This document shows positions 1 to 12,270 of a stretch of 64,000 nucleotides of DNA, one piece after another. Numbering within the stretch: the stretch's first letter is position 1; every line of letters begins with the position of its first letter. The position numbers were made by a program, and so were the translations under genes. The DNA lies in contig OZ024754.1 in assembly GCA_964016885.1 (NCBI GenBank), positions 40,052,001 to 40,116,000 of the forward strand, written 5' to 3'. The DNA is from Eledone cirrhosa. Taxonomy: Eukaryota. Below the pieces are notes generated by a model. That model was not told the DNA's origin. It did not search any database and saw only the letters and a list, made by a program, of their open reading frames with translations.

Positions 1-155
1 TTAAGCGATCGCTAACCAGAAGTGTTGACATTTGAAAGTTTTAAAGAAGTGAATCTTTAAATAATCAATAAAATATATTTAATCAACAGCTACGAAAGTT
101 AGTAGATAAATTATGTAATATTCATTATTTATTTATTCAAAGAAATAAACCGTAC

Positions 156-296
156 GCAGTCCTGCACTCCTTACTTTATTATAGTTCAGATGAGGAAGGA
201 AGATGTGTTGACATTCTTGTTTGCTGCTAAATTTCAATAATGAAACATATTTCTCTTCACAAAACAATCTCAATGATAATGTAGCTATGTAATAAA
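156..296 (-). CDS. Candidate exon 3 of an unidentified membrane-protein gene
   Basis: Acceptor ttcttcaacctttag; phase-1 open frame (F)YYIATLSLRLFCEEKYVSLLKFSSKQECQHIFLPHLNYNKVRSAGL; donor c|gtacgg at 155, or aaa|gtaagg at 174. Confidence 0.45.
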
Positions 297-537
297 CTAA
301 AGGTTGAAGAATTTTAGACAATTCAATGTATCATAGCAAAAGTCAAAGTAACTAACAGCAAAATGCCAAAGAATTTTAGACGGACAATTAAAATTCTTCA
401 CCATTTAGATATTTGTTAAATTGCCACATTGTTCACCATCATCATCATCCTCATTCAGTGTTTGTTTTTCCATGCTGGCATCAGTATTGGTATTAAAATT
501 CTTTTACCAGAATCTTGGTAAAACCTATATTTTTATA

Positions 538-700
538 GGTGCAGGCAGGCATAGCTAGGAAGTAAAGAATTTGCCTCACAACCAAGTAATTTCAGGTTCA
601 TTCCAACTGTATGGCACCAAGTATTTGCTATTATAGCCTTGAATTAACCAATTCCTTGAGAATGAAATTTGGTAGACAAAAACTGTAGAATATAAGCTCA
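538..700 (+). mobile_element. Diverged tRNA-derived SINE
   Basis: Degenerate B-box-like caggttcattcc and a body ending tttggtagacaaaaactgtagaa; a related partial copy lies on the minus strand at about 13900-14045. Confidence 0.55.
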
Positions 701-1556
701 GTCCTGTCTTACACTCCAACTCGATGTTTTGACATATAAAACACCCAAACAACAGTGTATGTGTCTGAATATTAAAATTTAAAAATGAATGGCATAAAAT
801 ATAAACATTAAACCATATACACATACGTATATGAAGCATACACACATACATACACACACACAGACAAACTGAAAGATAAAATAGATCTTACTATATGGGT
901 AACATGGGTTGCTTCTACTATCAGACTAAAAAGACAAAGAAAAACTGTATTAATAAAATGTTTACTATATATATATATATATATATATATATTGATACAT
1001 ATAAACACATACATTATCATCATTTAATGTTCCCTTTTCCTACTAGCAAGGGCTGGATAGGTCTTCACAGACTGAGTCAATACTGAGGCAGGTCTACTGA
1101 CCGTCCAGACGAATCAGATTTTCGCTTACATATAGTCACACATTTGACTGAGTACATTTTTATCATGGCACCAGCAATAGAGAGGCTCTCGTCTTTGACA
1201 TAACGCAAGAATCCCTACCAACCCTCTGTTTGGAAAGCTTTCTAAGGTGTGATGCCCTTCCTATCACCAATCACTTCACAGTGTGTACTGGGTGCGTTTA
1301 TCATATAGACCACCACCATTAGAGAGGTTACTACACCATTGATACAACTGAAGTGTCCTCTCAACCCTTCTGGCATGGTTTCTATTGTAGGATGCCCTTC
1401 CTATCATCAACCACCTTATAGGGTGCACTGGGTGCATTTTTCTGACACCAACACTAGAGAGGCTGTTAGTTATTGTCCCAAATGTGACAGGTATAGTCAG
1501 CAGTACAGGTACTCATGAAATAAACTCTCAAATGTTCAGAAGATTCACTAGAAGTA

Positions 1557-1720
1557 GGAAACTATGTCAGAGACAAGTGGAGGTGGAGGTAGTGACGGTG
1601 TTGTAGTCTGTAGAAAACTATGTCAGAGACCAGTGGAGATGGAAGTAGTGACGGTGTTGTAGTCTGTAGAAAACTATGTCAGAGACCAGTGGAGGTGGAG
1701 GTACTGATGGTCTTGTAGCC
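1557..1720. repeat. 56-bp tandem repeat, about 3 copies
   Basis: aaactatgtcagagac.agtggag.tgga.gtagtgacggtgttgtagtctgtaga is repeated. Confidence 0.9.
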
Positions 1721-2166
1721 TGAATGGAAGCAGGATTTTAAAAAAATCCTGATCCGTCTACTGGCAACAAAAGGTTTCTCACAGACTGACCTGCAGATCA
1801 AATGATGCTTGTGTTTGAACAGCTATGTTGCCTAGCAGCCTGACATAGGCTCTATTTCTGAGGGAGAGGGGCGAGAACTGACTCCAGAATTGGGCAGGTA
1901 CTTCGAAAGAATCAAAGGCAGAGTCGACCTCGGCATGATTTGGGCAGAGAACCATTACAAATACTGCAAAGCTGACATTCTAGTAGCTCTGCCAATTCAC
2001 CACCTCACATTTACTGCACTAGTTATAGTTCTAACAAACCAATATCATCCACTTTCATCTTGAAACTTGCTACGTTATCAATGAAGTCTCAATATGGCTG
2101 CTCAAATTAATGGAAACAACAACACAATCTTCCATTTTAAAGGGAGAAAACTATATCGGAGAATAT

Positions 2167-2388
2167 TTTAAATGTTCAAACCGGCCAAAACCGGCCAGAA
2201 TTCTCTACCCCTTTCTGTTGAAACTGGCTGTAACTGGTCGCTCAAACTGATGTTATGGTATTGTTCTCAAAATAAATACTTTCAAAATCTCATAGATTTG
2301 ATATTAAGTGAGATAATTATGCGAGGTAAAGCCTTTACCATGAAAATATAATAGTATATATAGAATAATGTGATTGCTAAAGGATTAA
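2167..2388. mobile_element. Diverged TTAA-type MITE copy
   Basis: Homologous to the MITE at 14618-15012; ends gctaaaggattaa. Confidence 0.7.
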
Positions 2389-2392
2389 ATAC

Positions 2393-2497
2393 ACTGTGCT
2401 TGAATAAATGACAGAGTGGTCAGAGCTGGAATGCTTTTAATCATAGTTCTGTTCAGAATACTCAGTTCTGTTGAATCTGAGCTGAACAACAACAGAC
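2393..2497 (-). CDS. Candidate exon 2 (105 nt, phase 1-1)
   Basis: Acceptor ttatttcttacag|G; open frame (G)LLLFSSDSTELSILNRTMIKSIPALTTLSFIQAQ; donor t|gtattt. Confidence 0.55.
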
Positions 2498-2675
2498 CTG
2501 TAAGAAATAATAGCCAAATAAATCTCAAATTATACTCTATTATCTTTCTTAAAGAAAAAAAAAACACAAGAAGGATATATTAGGTAATGCAGTTTGTTTT
2601 TATATATATACTATGATCACAATTAGAATACTTTTAATCACAGGTCTGATGAATCAAAGATGACCTCAGCTAACT

Positions 2676-3400
2676 GCCACTACCATCACCAATACCAATA
2701 CCACCATCAATACCATCACCATCACCAATACCATCACCAATACCATCACCAATACCATCACCAATACCAATACCACCACCAATACCACCACCAATACCAC
2801 CACCAATACCACCACCACTACCATCACCAATACCACTACCACTACCACCACCAATACCACTACCACCACCAATACCATCACCAATACCACCAATACCATC
2901 ACCAATACCAATACTACCACCAATACCACCACCAATACCACTACCACCACCAATACCACTACCACTACCACTACCACCACCAATACCACCACCAATACCA
3001 TCACCAATACCACTACCACTACCAATACCACCACCAATACCACTACCACTACCACTACCACCACCAATACCACCACCAATACCATCACCAATACCACTAC
3101 CACTACCAATACCACCACCAATACCAATACCACCACCAATACTACCACCAATACTATCACCAATACCACTACCACCACCAATACCAATACCACTACCACT
3201 ACCACCACCAATACCACCACCAATACCATCACCAATACCACTACCACTACCAATACCACCACCAATACCAATACCACCACCAATACTACCACCAATACCA
3301 CCACCAATACCACTACCACCACCAATACCAATACCACTACCACTACCACCACCAATACCAATACCACTACCACTACCACCACCAATACCACCACCCCTAC
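2676..3400. repeat. CAC/CAA/TAC compound microsatellite
   Basis: Degenerate (caccaccaatac)n. Confidence 0.95.
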
Positions 3401-3471
3401 CATGTGGACAGCAAGCTTAACTATAACACTAAACAAATAAATAAATACATTAAAAAAATTCAAAATATATA

Positions 3472-3502
<31 letters not shown>

Positions 3503-3606
3503 GAGTAAAAATAGAAGTTTGACACAAAGAATAAAGAGTAGGTAAGTTAAAGAAGACAGTAACAATATGTCCCCCATTATATCATCTATCTACCACACAA
3601 TATAAC

Positions 3607-3709
3607 CAGTTATTAGTGATGGAACACAGATAGCAATGGTGAAGAGTTTGTGGCGTGATGTAGAATCAGACCATAATATTACACATAAACCAACATCTCC
3701 AGAAATCAT
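3607..3709 (-). CDS. Candidate first coding exon
   Basis: Acceptor ttttcattcattcag at 3724; ATG at 3709; MISGDVGLCVILWSDSTSRHKLFTIAICVPSLIT; phase-1 donor g|gttata joins exon 2 in frame and completes a hydrophobic segment. Confidence 0.45.
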
Positions 3710-4289
3710 CTACGTGGTGATTTCTGAATGAATGAAAACTATTATTTACAAATTTGACATGACAGGCTAACAAAACAGCGTTTTATATGTGCGTATATAG
3801 AAGATGTGGCTCGCCATATTGTTCATTTTGCATACAATTTCTCTATGTTGGCATGGGTTAACTAAAAAGAAAAACAAGCATGTTATTCTTCCTTTAAATA
3901 GTTTCTATTGACAATCTCATAATCATTTCCTTATTTCTCATAAAGTTATACTTCCACCAATTCCACTATTTAGGTGTGGCCATGCTGAAGCATCTGACAG
4001 TCGTTAGAATTTCAATAAAAAAATTTAGTTTAGTTTTTATACATTTATTTCTAAACTCTTATTTATAGCAATCAACTGTGTTTACAGTTATTTACGCATT
4101 TGAGATTTTCTATATTTTCTAAGAATATTTATTTTATTTATTGCAATCAAATATGCCATTTCACTCTTGCTTCTGGGTATAGGTCTTAATCACCTATTTG
4201 CCCATAACTAATCACCTATTTTTGTAATATGTCCTCTATGAAAGCCATTTTAATTTCTCCTCTTTGTTTTTTTTTCATAATGAACTCAG

Positions 4290-4740
4290 AAAAGGACTTC
4301 CAAATACGTACAGCCCTGGCCTGGAATACATTTCATAAGCTGGATATCCAATAAACTAAACAGACTTAAAATCAGTCTATTTAGAACAGTAGAACTTAGC
4401 CTATCATTCTCTATGGTTCTAAAACTTGGACCTTGCACACCTGTCTACAGAGCTGTTTAGATGAATATTCACTACCCTTTCGAGAAAAGCTCAAAATATT
4501 CCTTGGCAGACCTATCTCATGCTCAAGCAGATATAAGGAAAAATCCAAGAAGTAAGTAAGTTCACAAATTATTGAATGTCGTACAAGGTTTGCTGATCAC
4601 TGCTTCCACGCAAAAGATGAGATGGTTTCAGACCTCTTGTTGTGGGAGATCTCTTCCTCAACCAGAAAGCTCAGAGACTAAAATTCCATAGCGAGAGACA
4701 CTGGAATCAACAAAGATGACCCACCTAAGGGCAGTGGATA
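4290..4740 (+). mobile_element. Decayed RTE-like LINE, C-terminal RT region
   Basis: Frameshifted translation with ILYGSKTWTL, KAQNIPWQ and RFADHCFHAKDEMVSDLLLW; same family as 45003-45790. Confidence 0.75.
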
Positions 4741-4980
4741 AGCATATAAGTGTGTAAGAGAAAATGTCATGGGTGTAAGGCAGGTGTGGTGAGGTTTGAC
4801 AGGGTGATGAGATCGTAGGAAGGTGCATGGTGCAAGTGTTCAGTGATAGTAGATTCTAGGTGTAGTGGAGTGATGAGAGGATGGGAAAATATTTTGTCCA
4901 ACACTAATACACATTGTGTCCAACACTAACAGGTATTTTGTTTGATGTACTAAGTCATTAGTAAAAAAAAAATAATAATA

Positions 4981-5170
4981 ATTGTTTCTACGTTTGGCAC
5001 AAGGCCAGCAATTATCCCAGTGCATTACTGGTGCTTCATTTTATCAACCCCGTAAGGATGAAAGGCAAAGTTAATCTCGGTGGAATTTGAACTCAGACCG
5101 TAAAGGGCCGTAACTCTATGCTGCAAAGCACGGTGTCCGACCCTCTACCGATACTGCTAATCCAATGCCC
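4981..5170 (-). mobile_element. tRNA-derived SINE, family 1
   Basis: B box gagttcaaattcc on the minus strand; about 190-bp body repeated more than 10 times in the window. Confidence 0.9.
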
Positions 5171-5199
5171 TAAAAAAAAAAAAAAATAATAATGAAATT

Positions 5200-5625
5200 C
5201 ATTGTGTACAGTGCTCAGGTGCATTATAACTCATCAAAGGTGCATGTATAGTACATAGAATAATTGTTTCTACTTTAGGCACAAGGCCAGCAATTACCCA
5301 GTGCATTACTGGTACTTTATTTTATCGACCTATGTATAGTACATAGAATAATGTACAAATGTCAGGAAAGTGAACAGTGTATGTGTCATTATATACATGT
5401 GTGGGTGTGTATGGAGGGGGGGGGGGGGTATCAGGTGTAGTGTTGGCGAATTTCAGGAAGCATGGAGGTTTTAAAGGAAGCAGCGTCCCAACAGCTAACA
5501 ACTGATGCAGGTAGTTTGTTCCATGGAGGTTTTAAAGGAAGCAGCGTCCCAACAGCTAACAACTGATGCAGGTAGTTTGTTCCATGCTTCAGCAACTCTG
5601 AGCATGAAAAAAATGTTTCCAAAAG
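5200..5625 (-). mobile_element. CR1-group LINE 3' fragment with an internal 59-bp duplication and a nested SINE tail
   Basis: WNKLPASVVSCWDAASFKTSMLPEIRQHYT*; the SINE tail at 5264-5330 is flanked by the direct repeat atgtatagtacatagaataat; second copy at about 37080-37300 (+). Confidence 0.75.
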
Positions 5626-5856
5626 TCAGGTAATATCATCAAATGCTCAACATTGAATTCGAACCTTTGAGAAAGTAGTCCAGCATATCCAGTCAGATAT
5701 GTTACCCCTTCAGCAAGCAGGAATTAAAAGGTGTGGCTTTTTGCCAAGTGCAAAGAAAGAACTGTTTACCAAGCCTGTTCTTTAATTGGTTTTCTACTTA
5801 TGACTTAACAACCTTCGAAACAGATTGCACCAAATGGTTTAGAAATTCTAAGAAAC

Positions 5857-5890
<34 letters not shown>

Positions 5891-6718
5891 AGAAAGAGAA
5901 AGAGAGAGAAAGAGTGTGAGAGAGAGAAAGAGTGTGAGAGAGAGAGAGAAGAATCATGAGAAAAAGGGTGAGGGATGTTCTTGCTTTAAGTTTGTTGCAC
6001 TGTATTTTAAATAACTCAAGTAAATGGCCTCACTGAAAATAATCTAGAATTTCATATATTTCCAGTTTAATCATTTTAATATGTCTGATATTGTGAATAT
6101 GATATCAATAAAAATATCATATCATATATCATGTATATATTTTATCATATATACACATAACATCTGTAAAATATTTCAGGCAAACCAGATGTTCTTAGTG
6201 TGGTATTACATAGCTGCATTTTTTTAACTATAAGCATAGACAGATTTTCTTTTTATAAACATAAGGATACAACACAAGTATTTTATGGCCACCCGTAATC
6301 CCAGCAAGCAAGGTTTAGCTTTGTGAGGCCTCTGGAAGTCGTTTTCATGTCAAGCTTTTAAAAGGTGTTAACCTTTTTAGCAACCTCTCATAATATGCTG
6401 AGATATGATGTAACTAGTCTAAACAAAATCCATACAGTAAATTATAAACATGTTCTCAGCAGTTCCATGTGGTCTTGATTACATCATTAGTTCCACCTCT
6501 TACTTACCAAAGTGTCTACAGCACTCTATTTACAAGATTTACACCTGTGTTTGTCTAGCAAATTGACAGAGCCTTTAGATCAGGGGCGTGCACAGGCAGC
6601 TCACAGCACACACTCCGGCCTGCCAGACCAGTCAGAGTGGCCTGTAACGACCATTTTTAATTTTAATTTTGTAGGCTTATTTAGAATTTTTTGCGTAACT
6701 GTAATACAATTTTCTGTT

Positions 6719-7106
6719 AGTTGACCTATACTAAAGGGCTTCACTGATAGGGTTATGTGTGTTATAATGTCCCAGTTGACCTATACTAAAGGGCTTCACT
6801 GATAGGGTTATGTGTGTTATAATGTCCCAGTTGACCTATACTAAAGGGCTTCACTGATAGGGTTATGTGTGTTATAAACTTCCAGTTGACCTATACTAAA
6901 GGGCTTCACTGATAGGGTTATGTGTGTTATAAACTTCCAGTTGACCTATACTAAAGGGCTTCACTGATAGGGTTATGTGTGTTATAATGTCCCAGTTGAC
7001 CTATACTAAAGGGCTTCACTGTTAGGGTTATGTGTGTTATAAACTCCCAGTTGACCTATACTAAAGGGCTTCACTGATAGGGTTATGTGTGTTATAATTT
7101 CCCAGT
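6719..7106. repeat. 55-56-bp minisatellite, 7 copies
   Basis: agttgacctatactaaagggcttcactgatagggttatgtgtgttataatgtccc is repeated. Confidence 0.95.
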
Positions 7107-7404
7107 TCCATGTTATGGAGGAAAGAAGTTGTGGTGAATCTTTGGAATAGTGCATAACAAATATTTAATGGCCCTAATAGTTGTTCCAATGTTCAAAAGT
7201 GGCCCACCAGTGGAATATGTTGCACACCTCTGCTTTAGAACATCAGATAAAATGCTTTGCAAGTATTTGTTCTCTCTCTCTCTCTCTGTATTCTGTATTC
7301 AAATCTCACAGAGATCAAAGATTTTAGCAACATAACTGATATAGGAAATGTATTATGTGTATGTTTGTGAGTGCAAATTTTAAAGAGTTACATACATACA
7401 TATA

Positions 7405-7741
7405 TCATCATCATCATCATTTTATGTCCGCTTTTCCCTGCTTGCAAGGGTGGGACGGGAACTGATTCTGGCTTGATTTCTACAGCTGGGTGCCCTTCCT
7501 AACACCAACCTCATTTACAGTGAGTGCTGGGTGCTTTTTTGCCGTGGCACCTCCACGACCACTTTGCAGTGGAATGATAGTGACCCCAGTCCTATCATCT
7601 CATTTCTACAGCTGAGTAAATTGGAGCAATGTGAAATAAAGTGTCTTGCTCAAGGAAACAACACATCACCCGGTCCGAGAATTGAACTCACAACCTTTCG
7701 ATTGCAAGGCCAATACTCTAACCACTAAGCCATGTGCCTCC
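7405..7741 (-). mobile_element. tRNA-derived SINE, family 2, with RTE-type tail
   Basis: Reverse complement of 7887-8229; (tga)n tail. Confidence 0.9.
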
Positions 7742-7886
7742 AATATATATATTTTGATTCCAGAGTTGGGCCAGATCGAACTTTAAGCTGATCAATAGAG
7801 AAATGCACATCAACAATCAATAAACGTAATGAAGGCTTAACAAATCGTCCTTGTATTATTATATACATATATATATACACATATAT

Positions 7887-8229
7887 GGAGGCACATGGCT
7901 TAGTGGTTAGAGCATTGGCCTTGCAATTGAAAGGTTGTGAGTTCAATTCTCAGACCAAGTGATGTGTTGTTTCCTTGAGCAAGACACTTTATTTCACATT
8001 GCTCCAGTTTACTCAGCTGTAGAAATGAGATGATAGGGACTGGTGTCCCTATCATTCCATTGCAAAGTGGTCGTGGAGGTGCCACGGCAAAAAAGCACCC
8101 AGCACTCACTGTAAATGAGGTTGGTGTTAGGAAGGGCATCCAGCTGTAGAAATCAAGCCAGAATCAGTTCCCGTCCCACCCTTGCAAGCAGGGAAACGTG
8201 GACGTAAAATGAAATGATGAAATGATGAT
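7887..8229 (+). mobile_element. tRNA-derived SINE, family 2, with RTE-type tail
   Basis: A box tggcttagtgg, B box gagttcaattc, central ccttgagcaagacactt, tail cccacccttgcaagcagggaa...ggacgtaaaatga. Confidence 0.9.
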
Positions 8230-8294
8230 ATATATACACATATATATACTCATGTGGCATATTATAGTTGATTGGAATCTTTTCCTTACAAAGT

Positions 8295-9650
8295 TAATTC
8301 TAAGTTCTTCTACTCCCATTTATTCCCGAGAGAGTTGTGGGGGCCGACTCCTCAAACGCTCCGTCCAACAAGTCCTGTCAGAAGCAACCATCCCCAACTG
8401 ATCTCGCTGGATCCCCAAGTGAGACCAGCAAAGTTCATGAATGTTATCCAACTATTTTGCTCAGGGGTCTACCCCTGGGTCTCCTGCCGGTTGGTTTTAC
8501 CCATAAAATCTGTCCAGCAATTCTTTCCTGAGACATTCTAACCACATGTCCATAGCATCGGAGCTGTGATCTCTCAATTCTGAGAAGTAGCAGCTCTACC
8601 TAGTGTGACTCTCTGATCTCTGAGCTACAGACATGTCCAGCAATTCTTCCCCGAGACATTCTAACCACATGCCCATAGCATCGGAGCTGTGATCTCTCAA
8701 TTCTGAGAAGTAGCAGCTCTACCTGGTGTGACTTTCTGATCTCTGAGCTACAGACATGTCCAGCAATTCTTTCCTGAGACATTCTAACCACATGTCCATA
8801 GCATCGGAGCTGTGATCTCTCAATTCTGAGAAGTAGCAGCTCTACCTAGTGTGACTCTCTGATCTCTGAGCTACAGACATGTCCAGCAATTCTTCCCCGA
8901 GACATTCTAACCACATGCCCATAGCATCGGAGCTGTGATCTCTCAATTCTGAGAAGTAGCAGCTCTACCTGGTGTGACTCTCTGATCTCTGAGCTACAGA
9001 CATGTCCAGCAATTCTTTCCTGAGACATTCTAACCACATGTCCATAGCATTGGAGCTGTGATCTCTCAATTCTGAGAAGTAGCAGCTCTACCTGGTGTGA
9101 CTCTCTGATCTCTGAGCTACAGACATGTCCAGCAATTCTTCCCTGAGACATTCTAACCACATGTCCATAGCATTGGAGCTGTGATCTCTCAATTCTGAGA
9201 AGTAGCAGCTCTACCTAGTGTGACTCTCTGATCTCTGAGCTACAGACATGTCCAGCAATTCTTCCCCGAGACATTCTAACCACATGCCCATAGCATCGGA
9301 GCTGTGATCTCTCAATTCTGAGAAGTAGCAGCTCTACCTGGTGTGACTCTCTGATCTCTGAGCTACAGACATGTCCAGCAATTCTTCCCTGAGACATTCT
9401 AACCACATGTCCATAGCATTGGAGCTGTGATCTCTCAATTCTGAGAAGTAGCAGCTCTACCTGGTGTGACTCTCTGATCTCTGAGCTACAGACATGTCCA
9501 GCAATTCTTCCCTGAGACATTCTAACCACATGTCCATAGCATCGGAGCTGTGATCTCTCAATTTGGAGAGATAGAGAGTCATTCCAGGTAAAGCTGCTGA
9601 GCTATGCACTTTATCGAGTAACTCCAAAGACTCTTCAAACAACGCCCATT
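8295..9650 (-). mobile_element. RTE LINE 3' fragment containing a 123-bp tandem array (about 8.5 copies, 8511-9560)
   Basis: Each unit translates SSEIRESHQVELLLLRIERSQLRCYGHVVRMSQERIAGHVC, followed by KPTGRRPRGRP. Confidence 0.9.
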
Positions 9651-10480
9651 TCAGCCACTCGTATTTATGATCATATTTCGAAGTTGTTTAAATTATGTAA
9701 ACACGTTAGAGCAAAACAACATTATTGATTTTTAACCCACAATCCAAATAAACATTAACTTTTATTTGAAAATCAATAACATTGTATTGAACTGTCAACT
9801 TGCTCATCTCTGCTACTAGAATCACTGACACATAAACCATGAGGCCTAAGTGCAGGCCACTGTACTTGAAGTAGTGAACCAAAAATAATTTTTTTATTAA
9901 TTTAGATTACAACCCTATTGAGAAAATCATATTAGTGTAAATGGTGGCTTGCACTTGGCTATAAGACTTTCGTGCAGAAGACACCCTTAGTGAAAGTTTT
10001 CATTGAAATAAAAAACGATATAGATAGGACTGTCAGCTGTTGTTTAGTTAAACTTACCAAACAAACAAATGATACACAAACATACACCACCACCACTACA
10101 TCTACCACCACCACCACTACCACATCTACCACTACCACATACACCACCATCACTACCACATCTACCACACACACATCACCACCACTACCACACACACATC
10201 ACCACCACTACCACACACATCACCACCACTACCACACACATCACCACCACTACCACACACATCACCACCACTACCACATACACCACCATCACTACCACAT
10301 CTACCACACACACCACCACATCTACACTACCACATACACCACCACTACCACACACACCACCACCACTACCACATCTACCACTACCACACACACCACCACC
10401 ACTACCACTACCACACACATCACCACCACTACCACATACACCACCACTACCATTACTAATAATACCCGTCTTCAATAAAC

Positions 10481-10740
10481 ATCATCATCACTGTTTTACA
10501 TCCATTCTTCCATGCTAGCATGGGTTAGACGGGTTGTCCTGTTGTGGGCAATGCCAGGCCAGGTGACCATGTGTTGCTCATACAGAACTGATTCTGGCTT
10601 GATTTCTACAGCTGGATACCCTTCCTAACACCAACCTCATTTACAGGGAGTACTGGGTGCTTTTTTACTGTGGCACCTCCACGGCCACATTACAGTGGGA
10701 GGGTTTTAGGGGCCATATTGTCTAAATACTTCAGCATCGG
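10481..10740 (-). mobile_element. SINE/RTE 3' tail fragment
   Basis: catcatcat...catgctagcatgggttagacggg; similar pieces at 1015-1460, 11953-12054, 26108-26400, 26871-27170 and 33510-33740. Confidence 0.8.
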
Positions 10741-11111
10741 CTTGTACCCAATAATACAGAGCATCATAAAATAGGTAGAATAACCTTTTGATCATAGGTT
10801 TGGTGGATCAAAGTTAACCTGGGGCTAAACAATTACACACAAATATATAAATAAGACTGGGTTTGGATTAAATATTGAATTGAAGAGAGGGACCCTCTAT
10901 GAGGTCACTTGATGTGCAAGAAACTGCAGCTACATCTCCCTCAAATCACATCACAACATTTTAGATAAAAAGGTTAAATTCGTTGACCCATTCATTACCA
11001 TATTTCTAATGAGATACACTGCATTTAAATTAATGAAATATTTGAAGAGATTTATTCAAAATTATTAATTAAGAAATACCCAGGAGAGCTGGACAGCAGA
11101 GGTCTTCAGAG

Positions 11112-11760
11112 ACCACCATCACCACCATCACCATTACCACCACCACCACCACCACCATATCCACCAATACTACTACCACTACCACCACTATCACCACCAC
11201 CTCTACCATTAGCAACACCACCACTATCACCACCATCACCACTATCACCACCACTTCCACCACTATCACCACCACCACCATTATCACCACCACTTCCACC
11301 ACCATTATCACCACCACTTCCACCATCACCACTATCACCACCATTACCACCACCATCACCACCACCATTATCACCATCACCACCACCACCACCATTATCG
11401 CCACCTCCACCATTATCACCACCTCCACCATTATCACCACCTCCACCATTATCACCACCTCCACCATTATCACCACCTCCACCATTATCACCATCACCAC
11501 CACTATCACCACCATTATCACCATCACCACCACCACCACCACTATCACCACCACCATTACCACCACCACTATCACTACCACTGATATCACCACCACCATT
11601 ATCACCATCACCACCATCACCACCACCACTATCACCACCACTACCATTATCACCACCACCATCACCACCACCACCATTACCACCACCACTATCACCACCA
11701 CCATTACCACCACCACCACCACCATTATCACCACCACCACCACCACCATTATCACACCCA
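11112..11760. repeat. CAC/CAT microsatellite, partly an inverted duplicate of 39420-39750
   Basis: Direct sequence comparison. Confidence 0.9.
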
Positions 11761-11898
11761 CAACCACTGTTGAATTAAAGCTAAACACCAACTACTAAAA
11801 CTTGTGTGATTCCAGCTTCTAAATATTTATATCTTACAAGAAAAAACTTATTTGTCCAACTTCACTTCAACGTCATGAAAAAAAAATTAAGAAAAATA

Positions 11899-11940
<42 letters not shown>

Positions 11941-12051
11941 AAAAAAAATTATATCATCATCATCATCGTTTAACGTCCATTTTCCACGCTAGCATGGGTT
12001 AGACGGGAGTTGTCCCACTTGAGACAAGGTTGGTCGGGTGACCGTGTCTCG

Positions 12052-12090
<39 letters not shown>

Positions 12091-12092
<2 letters not shown>

Positions 12093-12270
12093 GTTATTCC
12101 GGGTTGAATCGGAGGTAACCACAGTAAGTAAGGTACTCAATACATAGCAGAGTATAAAAGTTTTAATGTAGATGAGATTCTACAGGACTAGAACTGTTTC
12201 ATGAGATTCCTGATGATTTCTAATGAATGAAACAGTTCTAGTCCTGTAGAATCTCATCTACATTAAAACT
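12091..12270. mobile_element. Fold-back PLE-like mini-element, family A, in (TA)n
   Basis: Inverted arms 12159-12202 and 12227-12270; (TA)n on both sides; homologues at 37596-37779 and 47192-47344. Confidence 0.8.
12201..12257 (+). ncRNA. Type I hammerhead ribozyme
   Basis: Stem I atgagattc/gaatctcat (9 bp), CTGATGA 12210-16, stem II ttc-taat-gaa, GAAA 12229-32, stem III acag/ctgt, GUA cleavage after 12248. Confidence 0.85.

Noticed and set aside
1791-1857. Possible minus-strand exon with good splice sites
   Set aside because: Its phase is incompatible with the neighbouring candidate exons, and it abuts a SINE relic.
7780-7815. Hammerhead-like CTGATCA...GAAA (also about 27770-27805)
   Set aside because: The core G8 is missing and there is no stem I; it is simply another interspersed repeat.
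7887-7960. tRNA gene
   Set aside because: It is the tRNA-like head of a SINE and continues into the SINE body.
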